Shown here piece by piece: positions 27,221 through 37,151 of a stretch of 64,000 bases of DNA. The position numbers were made by a program, and so were the translations under genes. The notes beneath the pieces are model-generated. The model had not been told where the DNA came from and did no database searches. It worked only from the letters and a program-made list of their open reading frames with translations. The stretch's first letter is position 1. The number at the start of each line of letters is the position of its first letter. Origin of the DNA: an uncultured virus (IMG/VR IMGVR_UViG_3300047400_000175) (Duplodnaviria > Heunggongvirae > Uroviricota > Caudoviricetes); the IMG/VR virus record IMGVR_UViG_3300047400_000175. One strand, 5' to 3'.

Positions 27221-27415
27221 ATGAGAAAAAAAGTAAATATAAAAAAGGAGGTTAGTGTTAACAAACATTATTATATAGTTAATACTAATCCATTGATAAT
27301 TAATCAGATACAGAATTTCAAGGGTGAAAGACTTGTATCAAGAATGGAGAATATTCCAGATGAATTAAAGGAATATGTAATTGAAGGGTATAAAACTAAA
27401 GGAATGTATATATGA
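27221..27415 (+). CDS. hypothetical protein
   Basis: 64 aa; ATGA overlap with next gene. Confidence 0.6.
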   Translation: MRKKVNIKKEVSVNKHYYIVNTNPLIINQIQNFKGERLVSRMENIPDELKEYVIEGYKTKGMYI

Positions 27416-27840
27416 AATTAAAAATAGGATTTGACCCAGAAGGGTCTTGGTATAATCAAGCCTTCAGAGAAATAATGAAAGAAGCAACTCTAAATGAAAA
27501 TATTGAGATGTATATTGTAAGTAATAGTGTTGATAGTAATTTAATTACAGAAGCACAAGGATATTTACAACTTGATGACTCTCATACAATTAGATGTACA
27601 AGTATGGCTTTAATGATAGATGCCATACAAGTTAATAATATAAATATATTTATTGATGCTGATAACACAGTTGTGAAGGCTATTAATAGTATGGTACCAC
27701 TAAGTAATATACAAAATAATGTAACTGGTTGTCAAGCAATACATTATAATAATAGTTTAGTGGACGTTTATAAGATGCAATTAAAGCATTATACTTTATT
27801 GCAATTTTGGATAGGACAAATAGCTAAAAATTTAAATTAA
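27412..27840 (+). CDS. hypothetical protein, degenerate HAD-like fold
   Basis: KIGFDPEG (DxD-like), MYIVS and IFIDAD. Confidence 0.55.
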   Translation: MKLKIGFDPEGSWYNQAFREIMKEATLNENIEMYIVSNSVDSNLITEAQGYLQLDDSHTIRCTSMALMIDAIQVNNINIFIDADNTVVKAINSMVPLSNIQNNVTGCQAIHYNNSLVDVYKMQLKHYTLLQFWIGQIAKNLN

Positions 27841-27845
27841 TAAGC

Positions 27846-28133
27846 ATGGGTAAAAGTAATGATAAATATAAAAGCATCCACTATTGGGATGATGAAATTA
27901 TAGGAAGGACAACTGATGGAGATTTGGTAATTAAGGAAGGTGTTAAAAAGAGAAACAAGAAACTCCCTAGAGAATTAACAGCTGAGGAATTATTAATGGA
28001 TGAATATACCGAATGGTATATGGATGCTGTTAATCCTTATGAAGAAGCAGCCAGAAAAACAAAGGAGAATCTAATACAACTTGGTTTATATTCAGACTTT
28101 GATGAAGAGAATGTATTATATAATGGTGAATAA
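27846..28133 (+). CDS. hypothetical protein
   Basis: 95-aa ORF. Confidence 0.7.
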   Translation: MGKSNDKYKSIHYWDDEIIGRTTDGDLVIKEGVKKRNKKLPRELTAEELLMDEYTEWYMDAVNPYEEAARKTKENLIQLGLYSDFDEENVLYNGE

Positions 28134-28170
28134 TTAGTAACTTACTAATAAAATGATAAATAATAATAAA

Positions 28171-28210
28171 TAAATTTGCATTTGTCATATAAAATTAGTA
28201 TATTGTATAT
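28171..28210 (+). promoter_or_regulatory. repeated promoter motif, copy 2
   Basis: TTG(28176)-N20-TATATT(28199). Confidence 0.7.
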
Positions 28211-28222
28211 ATAAACATTAAA

Positions 28223-28585
28223 ATGGAAGAAGTAAAGGAAGATGTAGGTAATGTAATACATATACCTATAAAAATGAAGTATTATTGTAAAGCTATTCTT
28301 AACATTCTTAATTTTGGCACAAGGATGACAGATGTTGAGCTGGATGTTATTAATACCATGCTTACAAATAATATCATTACACTTACTAAGGAGACGAGAG
28401 TTCAACTCTCCTCTCTCCTTAATAAGGATGTAGCATCAGTTAATTTTCATATTATGAAGATTAAGAATAAGGGAGTGCTGGTTAATAACTGGCATGGTAA
28501 ATTGACAATAGCCCCAAAAATAGTAAATGCTGTTAAAGAAGCAATGAAAGAGGGGGAACTAATATTTAAATTATGCCCACAATAA
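28223..28585 (+). CDS. putative winged-HTH DNA-binding protein
   Basis: T..EL..I...R.QL...L......VN.HI.K.K.KG.L pattern. Confidence 0.55.
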   Translation: MEEVKEDVGNVIHIPIKMKYYCKAILNILNFGTRMTDVELDVINTMLTNNIITLTKETRVQLSSLLNKDVASVNFHIMKIKNKGVLVNNWHGKLTIAPKIVNAVKEAMKEGELIFKLCPQ

Positions 28586-28764
28586 TTAAAATACTTATTC
28601 ATGCAGAAGATGTCATTCATATGGAAGAGATATTAGAACGGATGAATGATGCTTTAATAAAATACAGTAAGAAACATCTAGATTTTTCTTACAAGATTAA
28701 TACAAATTTTGATAAATTAGAGATAGAGGTTAGCTCAATGCATTTAAAGGAAGAAATGAATTAA
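28573..28764 (+). CDS. hypothetical protein
   Basis: 63 aa; coupled. Confidence 0.65.
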   Translation: MPTIIKILIHAEDVIHMEEILERMNDALIKYSKKHLDFSYKINTNFDKLEIEVSSMHLKEEMN

Positions 28765-29015
28765 TGTTAGTAGAACCAAAAGAAATACATAAAGAGGTAG
28801 CAAATAAACTTAATGTTCAAGAGGAATTAGTTGATGAATTGAATAGGTTACAATATGATTTTTTAGAACATTATATGAAGGAATATGAGAGTGTTAAATT
28901 AAATTTCTTAGGTAAATGGTTATTTAGACCAAAAGCAAATTCTAAATTAAGACCTTTGTATGAACAGAAAATGTTAGAAATACATAAAGACGACCATAAT
29001 GATAATAACTCTTGA
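28764..29015 (+). CDS. HU/IHF-like DNA-binding protein
   Basis: I.KEVA.KL......V...SVKLNFLGKW. Confidence 0.6.
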   Translation: MLVEPKEIHKEVANKLNVQEELVDELNRLQYDFLEHYMKEYESVKLNFLGKWLFRPKANSKLRPLYEQKMLEIHKDDHNDNNS

Positions 29016-29325
29016 TGTTGTGACAAATGTTTATAGTCTACCTGATGTAGACGGTAGACAGAAATTAGTTAAATCTAATGTTGTATATAAGAAGCAATTT
29101 AATACTTGTAGTATACTTGCTGAGGAGTATATAACCAAGTCAGGAAATGTTAGTAAAAGAGTTTGTACAATAAAGGATGGGGATAATTTCTATCAGGTTA
29201 AAAAGAGTTTTGAAGAAATACAAAAACTAATAGATAATGTGCACATAGCAGGATTTAAAATAAAAGGAAATGATACCAAAAGAAATACTGCTATTCAATC
29301 AAAGAATAAAAATAATAAAAAGTAG
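28999..29325 (+). CDS. hypothetical protein
   Basis: 108-aa ORF. Confidence 0.7.
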   Translation: MIITLDVVTNVYSLPDVDGRQKLVKSNVVYKKQFNTCSILAEEYITKSGNVSKRVCTIKDGDNFYQVKKSFEEIQKLIDNVHIAGFKIKGNDTKRNTAIQSKNKNNKK

Positions 29326-29560
29326 AACATTACTACAAAAAAAAGGACTATTTGGTGATTGCCAGTTTAATAAAAACAAAATATATATACAAGTAAGTAC
29401 AAGAAAGCATCAGATAAGCAAAGAACAAATAAAGCAGACTCTGACACATGAGGTATTTCACATGATATTATATCACACTGGTTATCATCATCTTATGAAC
29501 AATGAACCTTTTGTTTCAAATGTTAGTAATTTAATACATCAATATATAGAACAATTATAA
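29270..29560 (+). CDS. small HExxH zincin-like protein
   Basis: G.C......IYI ... TLTHEVFH ... NE.FV. Confidence 0.7.
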   Translation: MIPKEILLFNQRIKIIKSRTLLQKKGLFGDCQFNKNKIYIQVSTRKHQISKEQIKQTLTHEVFHMILYHTGYHHLMNNEPFVSNVSNLIHQYIEQL

Positions 29561-29561
29561 A

Positions 29562-29771
29562 ATGGAAGAGTTATATAAAAAATTAAAGGAATATAAAGTA
29601 TTTAGTACTACACCAATACCTGATATTAAGTATACATTTACTAAAGAAGTTGATAATACTAAAAAAGCACTTAATATAATTAAGATATTGGTTGATGCTG
29701 AGTTGATGGAGGAGCCAGGTTCTATGAAAGAACTACTTGTGTTAGTGGATAAAATATCAATTAATATTTAA
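29562..29771 (+). CDS. hypothetical protein
   Basis: 69 aa. Confidence 0.65.
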   Translation: MEELYKKLKEYKVFSTTPIPDIKYTFTKEVDNTKKALNIIKILVDAELMEEPGSMKELLVLVDKISINI

Positions 29772-30037
29772 TGGAAAAAAAGGAAGAAAAATTCACTGAC
29801 TTTATTAGTAGGTATACTAAAGAAGTTAATGGACAAAAACAAATAGATGTTATAGGATGTCTTATAGAACTATACGCTAGAGTTACAAGTCATACTAAAT
29901 CAATAATTGAAATATCAGAAACTTTGGCAGATGTTGGACAGTTTGGTATAGATGTCATTGGTAGAATTGATAAACTGGAAGGTAAAAGTAAAATAGAAAT
30001 TGTAGATCCACATACAGCTAAAAAGTTAATTAATTAA
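29771..30037 (+). CDS. hypothetical protein
   Basis: 88 aa. Confidence 0.7.
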   Translation: MEKKEEKFTDFISRYTKEVNGQKQIDVIGCLIELYARVTSHTKSIIEISETLADVGQFGIDVIGRIDKLEGKSKIEIVDPHTAKKLIN

Positions 30038-30038
30038 A

Positions 30039-30446
30039 ATGGCAAAAATTAATATAGATGATAGTATTCTTGACGAGGTTAAAATGGTTATTGTAGATGT
30101 TAGCCACTTACATGAAGAAATTTTTCCAACATACAAATTTATATACGATGATGACGAGTGTATAGTAATTAACAAATTAATTAATGCATTTCCATCTGGA
30201 TCAGAAGGTAAAGAAAAGTTCAAAAAAAATTTTATAGAGTATATAGATTATATATATCCAACAAATAATATATTTAAAAAAATATATAAGAAAATTAAAT
30301 TATTTATCAATAAAAAATTTAAAATTAAAAAAAAAAATAATTATATTGATCACCCATTTATAAAATATAAAAATGAAATACTTTATAAAAATGGAATACC
30401 CATTAAAGAGTATAATATGAGATATATAAATAATATTAAAAAATAA
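30039..30446 (+). CDS. hypothetical protein
   Basis: 135 aa; Lys/Ile-rich C-terminal half. Confidence 0.6.
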   Translation: MAKINIDDSILDEVKMVIVDVSHLHEEIFPTYKFIYDDDECIVINKLINAFPSGSEGKEKFKKNFIEYIDYIYPTNNIFKKIYKKIKLFINKKFKIKKKNNYIDHPFIKYKNEILYKNGIPIKEYNMRYINNIKK

Positions 30447-30453
30447 CATTAAA

Positions 30454-30633
30454 ATGGAAGGAATAAAAGCAGAATTTATAGGAGACATACTTAATAATGA
30501 TAAATTATCATTTGAAGAAATAGCGGATGCTATTAATAAGTATAATGAGGCAGAAGCCAAAGCAATAAAAAATATTACAGAGGTAGAAAACTTCAAGCAA
30601 AAATTTGAAGAAATTAAAGTTATTCAAGCATAA
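30454..30633 (+). CDS. small hypothetical protein (59 aa, not in ORF track)
   Basis: Manual translation MEGIKAEFIGDILNND...KVIQA*. Confidence 0.6.
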   Translation: MEGIKAEFIGDILNNDKLSFEEIADAINKYNEAEAKAIKNITEVENFKQKFEEIKVIQA

Positions 30634-30888
30634 TATACTTGAGAAGTTAGAAGAGGAAGTAAATATATTTTTAAAGGAAAACAATTACATAGACTTAAAG
30701 TTCTTTGAGAATGATAGGTACTATGTAATTGTTTTAGTATATGACAATGAATAGACAAGAAACAAGAATTGGAAATAATATATATTATTCATATTTAGGA
30801 AATGATGGATTATTTTATGATGTAAAATACACTATATTAAAATATAGAAATAATTTATCAAGAAATGATGTATGGGATATAATTAAAT

Positions 30889-31188
30889 ATGAGCAAGCAA
30901 AAGGAGCAAAATAAGAGTATTAGCTTACAACTATTAGAAAGCTGTAGAGCGGCTTTATACATGGTTAAAGATACATTTGATGAAATTGTCAACGATAAGA
31001 CTTTTAAAAAGTTAGAACTTGGGGATAAGTTAGATGTATCAGATAGAATTATTAAGATAACAAGCAATCTAGGTAAGTCAATCGAGACACTTGCTATACT
31101 TGAAAAAAAGTGTGAGGCAGAGGAGCAGGTTAATAGTAAAGTTAGGGGACAAGCTAAAACATCATTATTGGAAGATGACAAACTCTAA
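30889..31188 (+). CDS. putative terminase small subunit
   Basis: Helical protein with C-terminal KVRG, overlapping terL. Confidence 0.6.
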   Translation: MSKQKEQNKSISLQLLESCRAALYMVKDTFDEIVNDKTFKKLELGDKLDVSDRIIKITSNLGKSIETLAILEKKCEAEEQVNSKVRGQAKTSLLEDDKL

Positions 31189-33256
31189 TCCATATATACC
31201 ATTTGTATCTAGGTTTAAAAACTCATCAGAGTTTTATTATTTAGCTACAAAATTTAATAAAGATGGTAGGTATTGTGATATACCAGAAGGTACACCTGAT
31301 TATATAGCATTTTGGAAAGATGTAAAAGATAAATGTATTAATGGATTTACTAATTCATCTGGTCAAAGTATAACTGGTGCACATTTCTTTTATTTAAATT
31401 TCTGTAAGATTCTTTCAGAGTATATTCAAAATGATAGGAAAGTTAAGAAATATAATTTTCCTAAATTTGTAGACCTAGACTATGAATATTTTTGGATGAT
31501 AGAATTTTGTAAGAAAAATGAAAAATTTTTAATAGCATCTAAGGGTAGACGACAAGGATGGAGTTACAAAGGAGCATGTCAAGTAGCATATGAATTTACT
31601 TTCTTTAGGGAAAGCAGATGTATTATAGGAGCATTTCTATCAGACTATTCACTTGGTACAATGAAGATGGTTAAAGATTACCTTAATCATATATCAGAGA
31701 ACACACCTTTTGGACATATGAGGACACCAGACAAAGAAGATTATTTCATGTCAAGGTATGAAGTTAGTTTAGGTGGGTTAAAAGTATGGAAAGGTTATCA
31801 AAGTTCTGTAGAGAGTATTACATTTAAAGACAAAGCCACAGCAGCTGTTGGTAAAAGTGCTTCTGTGTTATTATTAGATGAGGCAGGTGTATTTCCAAAT
31901 ATTATACAGTCTTGGAGTTTTACAGAACCATTATTAAAAGATGGTAGTTCATTCACTGGAGTGGCTATTGTTTATGGAAGTTCAGGAGAAATGGAAAGCG
32001 GAGCCAAATATTTCTATGAGATGTTTATTAACCCTGAACAGTATAACTTCCTATCATTTGATGATCCTGAAAATCCTACAAAAAAAATAGGTTATTTTAG
32101 CTCTGCAACTAAAGGTAGAATGGGGATATGTAAAGACCCTAATTCTAAATGGTTTAAAAAATTAATGGTAGATGAGGATGGTAATTCTAATGAAGAGGCA
32201 GCATACGATGATTTGATGTGGGAAAGAAGTATTGCTAAAATGGCTGCTAATCCAGCTAAATATCATTACAAGGTAACACAATATCCTGTTAAATGGGAAG
32301 AAGCATTTTTAAGAAATAAAGGAACAATATTTGCCAGTCCAGAAATGTTAGATTGGCTTTCTGAATTAGAAAGTACACCATCATTAAGAGATCAAGGAGC
32401 TAAGGGAGAATTAGTCTTTAACAAAGAAAATAAACTTGAATGGAGACCAAATGATGAATTAATTTACATTACTGACTTTCCATTAAAAAAGGATGTAGAT
32501 ACTACTGGTTGCACTTACATATGGGAGCACCCAGAAAGTTTTAATGGGGAAATACCTTACAGTTTGTATGTTGCTGGTCAAGACCCATATGACATGGATA
32601 AGGCAGACGGAGGATCTCTTGGTAGTTTTTTTATTTATAAAAGATTTATAAGAGCCAATTCATCATACGATGTACTAGTAGCTGAATATACAGGTAGACC
32701 AAAGTATGCTGATCAATTTTATGAAAATTGTAGAAGACTTTGTATATATTACAATGCTAAAGTATTGTATGAAAATAACTTAAAGGGATTTAAGAATTAT
32801 ATGATTGAAAAGAACTCACTACATTATATGTGGGAGACACCAATCAATATGATTAGAGATATAATAAAGGACAGTAAAGTACAAAGAGGGTATGGAATAC
32901 ATATGCAGAGGGGTAATAATGGGTCATCTGGAATTAAAGATATGGCTGAAATATACACTAGAGATTGGTTATATGAAAGAATTACAGATATTAATGGTAA
33001 AGAAATATTCAGATTTCATACTATAAAATCAATACCTTTATTAAAAGAACTAATAATGTATGATGGTGAATTAAATACAGATAGAGTTATGGCATTTATG
33101 CTATGTATATTACAAACAAAAGAACTTCATCAAATACATGTAAACAATATGATAAATAGCTCTAAAGAACTATTTGGAAATGATAAGTTTTTAAATAAAC
33201 ATTGGATAAAAGCTAAAGTAGCTTCTCAACAATATAATGGACTTAAATTAAATTAA
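31175..33256 (+). CDS. terL: terminase large subunit
   Basis: ITG.HFFYLNF; KGRRQGWSY; LLDEAG; G.DPYD; N.DRVMA; ATG at 31175 preferred to 31091. Confidence 0.95.
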   Translation: MTNSNPYIPFVSRFKNSSEFYYLATKFNKDGRYCDIPEGTPDYIAFWKDVKDKCINGFTNSSGQSITGAHFFYLNFCKILSEYIQNDRKVKKYNFPKFVDLDYEYFWMIEFCKKNEKFLIASKGRRQGWSYKGACQVAYEFTFFRESRCIIGAFLSDYSLGTMKMVKDYLNHISENTPFGHMRTPDKEDYFMSRYEVSLGGLKVWKGYQSSVESITFKDKATAAVGKSASVLLLDEAGVFPNIIQSWSFTEPLLKDGSSFTGVAIVYGSSGEMESGAKYFYEMFINPEQYNFLSFDDPENPTKKIGYFSSATKGRMGICKDPNSKWFKKLMVDEDGNSNEEAAYDDLMWERSIAKMAANPAKYHYKVTQYPVKWEEAFLRNKGTIFASPEMLDWLSELESTPSLRDQGAKGELVFNKENKLEWRPNDELIYITDFPLKKDVDTTGCTYIWEHPESFNGEIPYSLYVAGQDPYDMDKADGGSLGSFFIYKRFIRANSSYDVLVAEYTGRPKYADQFYENCRRLCIYYNAKVLYENNLKGFKNYMIEKNSLHYMWETPINMIRDIIKDSKVQRGYGIHMQRGNNGSSGIKDMAEIYTRDWLYERITDINGKEIFRFHTIKSIPLLKELIMYDGELNTDRVMAFMLCILQTKELHQIHVNNMINSSKELFGNDKFLNKHWIKAKVASQQYNGLKLN

Positions 33257-33261
33257 ATATA

Positions 33262-35901
33262 ATGGCACAAGATTTATTAAATAAATCAAATATTACTTCT
33301 TCTGTACTACCTGTACAAAAATTACCAGATAGTCAGAAAACAAAAAAATGGAAGGAACAAACATTAAATTATTATGTCAATTGGAGATACACTAATGGAA
33401 CTTCAATTAGAAGTAATAGAAATGCAAAAATTATAAACTATGATTTATATAACGGTGTTGTAACACCAAATGATGTGGTTAAAATGTGTGATCCATTGGG
33501 AGTTGTATCAGGTACATTTAGTGATACGTTTCAACACTTAGATAAAATATCACAACCTTTACATTTGTTACTAGATGATGAAGCTGAATTACCTGATAAT
33601 TCAATTGTTATTTCAGAGGCTCCAGAAGATATTAATAGAAAACAAACACAATTAAAATCTAAAATACTTCAAGCATTACAGGCACAACTACAAGCAGACA
33701 TTGATCCATCCACTGTAGACCCTAATAATCCACCACCTACTCCACAAGAAATTGTTAAGAATGAAAAGAAAAGTCCTTCTGACATGATTGAAAGTAAGGT
33801 TAATAAAATGCTTAAAATTCTTAAAAAAAGACTTAATACTAAATTTACTTTTAACCAAGGATTTAAAGATGCTTTAGTTTGTGGTGAGGAAATTTATTGG
33901 ACAGGTATTCAAAATGGAGAACCATCATTAAGACTATGTAATCCATTAAACATTACTGTAATAATGGATGACTCTGATGTATTTATAGATGATGCTATTG
34001 CTGTGGTAGAAGAGAGACTTCTAACGGTACCAAGTATTATAGATGAATTTGGTGATCAATTAGATAACAAAACATTAGATAAATTAATATCTTATTCTAA
34101 TGGTACATTTGGTTCAACAATGTCAGCTGGTGGATTTGAACCTAACTTTGCAATTATGGATAATCAACCATATTTAAAAGGAGTAACCCCAAGTAATTCA
34201 TATATGGGGAATAATGTAAACAATTACGCTGTTAGAGTTACAAGAGTAGAATGGATTGGTATGAAGCAAGTAGGATTTCTTTCATATACAGATTCTAAAA
34301 CAGGAGAATTTACAGAGAAATTAATTGTTGATGATACATTCTTTTCAGTGTTTAGTGATTTCAAAAAAATGTTTCCAGATGCTCAATTAGATAAATTTTG
34401 GATTAATGAAGCATGGGAGGGCATTAAAATAGGACAAGATATTTATTTAAATATACAACCTAAACCAAATCAACGTAGAAGAATGGATAATCCATATTAT
34501 TGTAGACTTGGTTACACTGGATTAATATATGAAGCTAGAAATTCTAGAAGTGTTTCATTAATCGATAGAATTAAACCATACCAATATTTATATGATGCTA
34601 TAGCTTATAAACTACAAAATATGTTTGCTAGCGACATGGGTAGAGTGTTCTTAATGGATTTAGCTCAAATTCCTAGAAGTGAGGATATAGATATTGAAAA
34701 ATGGATGTACTATCTTAAAGAAATGAAGATAGGATTTATTAATTCATTTGAGGAGGGAAAAAAGGGAGCAGCAACTGGTAAATTAGCTGGGTCACACTTT
34801 AATCAATTCCAAGCAATAGATTTAAGTTTAGCTACTTCTATACAGCAATATATAAATTATTTACAATACATAGAACAGCAAATATATTATATCTCTGGTG
34901 TAAATCCTCAACGTATGGGGGCAATTAAAACATCAGAGGCAGTTAGTAATGTTGATGCAGCTAGACAACAATCGGCTAAAATTACAGGATACCTATTTGA
35001 AGCTCATACAGAAGTTAAAAGAAGGGTATATACTTCACTTGTAGAGGTAGCTAAGATAGCTTGGCGTAAAGGGAAGATGATGCAATATATTAATGATGAT
35101 TTAGCTATTGAGTTATTAAACATAGAAGAATTTGAATTTGAAAATTCAGAATTTTCTGTATTTATTTCCAATCTTAGAAAAGATCAACAGATTAAAGAGA
35201 AGCTTGATCAACTTGCACAAATTGCATTACAACAACAAAAAGCAGACTTGTCTACAATTATTGATACAATAGTTAATGATTCACCACATGATATTATTAA
35301 TACATTAAGATCTGCTGAGGAAAGATTCTATGAATCTCAACAACAAAATGCTAAAGCAGAACAAGATCATCAAGCTCAATTAGCTCAATCACAGCAAAAA
35401 CATGAACAAGAAATTGAAGCATTTCAAGCTGGTGAAAAACAGAAAGATAGAGATCTTGAACAATATATAGCTGATGAAAATAACAGAACAAAGATTGAAG
35501 TACAAGAACTAGCTAATTATTTTAAAGCTCCTGGTCTAGATACAAATAATAATAATATTCCTGATCCTAGTGAAATAGCAGCTAATGCATTAAAACAACA
35601 AGAACTTGATCATAAGAAATTTATTGAACAAAGTAAATTATCTCATGATAAGGCTAAACATGACAAAAACTTATCTATAAAACAACAAGAACTTGATTTA
35701 AAAAAGAAAGAACTAAAGTCTAAACAGGAGCTTGAAAATAAAAAAGCAGCTGCTGAAAAGTCTAGAGACTTAACTAATAAAGCTATTGAACAAAGTAAGT
35801 TAAAAAATGCAGAGAAACAAAGAGCTCATGAAGCTAGACAAAATGAACTAGATAGAAAAAATGATTTAATAATAGCTAAATCAAAAACTAAAAGTAAATA
35901 A
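33262..35901 (+). CDS. portal protein
   Basis: Follows terL; NYDLYNG, WINEAWEG.KIG and KPYQYLY motifs; coiled-coil C-terminus. Confidence 0.92.
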   Translation: MAQDLLNKSNITSSVLPVQKLPDSQKTKKWKEQTLNYYVNWRYTNGTSIRSNRNAKIINYDLYNGVVTPNDVVKMCDPLGVVSGTFSDTFQHLDKISQPLHLLLDDEAELPDNSIVISEAPEDINRKQTQLKSKILQALQAQLQADIDPSTVDPNNPPPTPQEIVKNEKKSPSDMIESKVNKMLKILKKRLNTKFTFNQGFKDALVCGEEIYWTGIQNGEPSLRLCNPLNITVIMDDSDVFIDDAIAVVEERLLTVPSIIDEFGDQLDNKTLDKLISYSNGTFGSTMSAGGFEPNFAIMDNQPYLKGVTPSNSYMGNNVNNYAVRVTRVEWIGMKQVGFLSYTDSKTGEFTEKLIVDDTFFSVFSDFKKMFPDAQLDKFWINEAWEGIKIGQDIYLNIQPKPNQRRRMDNPYYCRLGYTGLIYEARNSRSVSLIDRIKPYQYLYDAIAYKLQNMFASDMGRVFLMDLAQIPRSEDIDIEKWMYYLKEMKIGFINSFEEGKKGAATGKLAGSHFNQFQAIDLSLATSIQQYINYLQYIEQQIYYISGVNPQRMGAIKTSEAVSNVDAARQQSAKITGYLFEAHTEVKRRVYTSLVEVAKIAWRKGKMMQYINDDLAIELLNIEEFEFENSEFSVFISNLRKDQQIKEKLDQLAQIALQQQKADLSTIIDTIVNDSPHDIINTLRSAEERFYESQQQNAKAEQDHQAQLAQSQQKHEQEIEAFQAGEKQKDRDLEQYIADENNRTKIEVQELANYFKAPGLDTNNNNIPDPSEIAANALKQQELDHKKFIEQSKLSHDKAKHDKNLSIKQQELDLKKKELKSKQELENKKAAAEKSRDLTNKAIEQSKLKNAEKQRAHEARQNELDRKNDLIIAKSKTKSK

Positions 35902-35957
35902 GGAGCATTTTTGAAAATAAAATTTTAAACGCTGTAGAATAAAAATAAAATTATTAA

Positions 35958-35997
35958 AAACACTTGCATAAGTGATTATAAATGTGTATATTAGATA
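35958..35997 (+). promoter_or_regulatory. repeated promoter motif, copy 3
   Basis: TTG(35964)-N20-TATATT(35987). Confidence 0.7.
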
Positions 35998-36013
35998 AAT
36001 ATAAAGGAAAACA

Positions 36014-37123
36014 ATGAAAAATAAAGAAGAATTAGAACAAGAAAATCCATTTGCTGATTTTAAAGAAAGTTTTTTAGGACAACCAATTCCTAAAGAAATT
36101 GTTAAGGAAACAAAGAAACCAGAATCTAAGTCTAATCAAAATGAAGATTTGTCAGAAGATGAAATTGAGAATCTGGAAAATGTTGCAAAGAAACAAGCAG
36201 AATCTAAAAAACCAGCTAAAGAAGTTGAAGAAATAAAGGAACCTGTAAATAATGAAGAACCTGAAACAGAGTTAAATTTATTTATAGAATTTGCTAGACA
36301 ACTTAATGATGAGGGTATTCTTTCATTAAAAGATGATGATAAGATTGAAACAGAAGAGGATTTGTTTAATGTTGTAAAACGAGAAAAACAAAATGCTGTT
36401 GATTCTTATAAAAACTCTAAACCAGAAGATGTTCAAAAGTTTTTAGAGTTTGTAGATAACGGAGGTAATCCTTCAGACTTTCATAAGTATTATTACTCAG
36501 ATGGTAGTTTTGAAGACTTCAATATAGATAATGAAGATAATCAGAAGTATGTAATTGAACAAGATTTAAGGATTCAAGGATATACTGATGAAGAAATTGA
36601 AGAGGAAATTAATGATGCTTCAGATCTTGGTAAACTTGAAAAGAAAGCAAATACTTCTTTAAAAAAATTACAAAAACTAGAATCTGATAATAAAAAGATG
36701 CTAGTTGAAGCTCAAAAAGCATATGCTGCAAGGCAAGAAGCTGAAAGAGAAGAACAATGGAATGCTTTTAAAAAAGGTTTGTTTGATAAGGACGAAATAG
36801 GAGGGTTTAAATTTAGTCCTAAAATGAAAAATGATACCTGGGATTATATGACTAAACCAATTAGTAGAAAAGATCCTAGAACACAGTATCAAATTGATAT
36901 GGATGAAAACCCAGATGCTAGATATATTTATGCTTATTTGTTGAAAAACAAATGGAATGTAGAAACTCTAGCTAATCAAGTTCAAACAAAAGAAGTAGGA
37001 AAGTTTAAAGAAAAACTTAATAAATATACAGATGTATTAACATCTAAAAAGCCAAGCTCAAAACCGAAACGAGAAGCTGAGGATCAAGGAGATTTTAGTG
37101 CATTTAAAGAATATATAAAATAG
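36014..37123 (+). CDS. putative capsid scaffolding/assembly protein
   Basis: Acidic, helical; between portal and major capsid gene; F.EF..NGG.P. Confidence 0.7.
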   Translation: MKNKEELEQENPFADFKESFLGQPIPKEIVKETKKPESKSNQNEDLSEDEIENLENVAKKQAESKKPAKEVEEIKEPVNNEEPETELNLFIEFARQLNDEGILSLKDDDKIETEEDLFNVVKREKQNAVDSYKNSKPEDVQKFLEFVDNGGNPSDFHKYYYSDGSFEDFNIDNEDNQKYVIEQDLRIQGYTDEEIEEEINDASDLGKLEKKANTSLKKLQKLESDNKKMLVEAQKAYAARQEAEREEQWNAFKKGLFDKDEIGGFKFSPKMKNDTWDYMTKPISRKDPRTQYQIDMDENPDARYIYAYLLKNKWNVETLANQVQTKEVGKFKEKLNKYTDVLTSKKPSSKPKREAEDQGDFSAFKEYIK

Positions 37124-37151
37124 AAAATAAATAATAATAAATTAAATTAAA

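Noticed and set aside
31091..31174. N-terminal extension of terL, or a terS-terL frameshift fusion
   Set aside because: An in-frame ATG at 31175 gives a normal short overlap, so no recoding is needed
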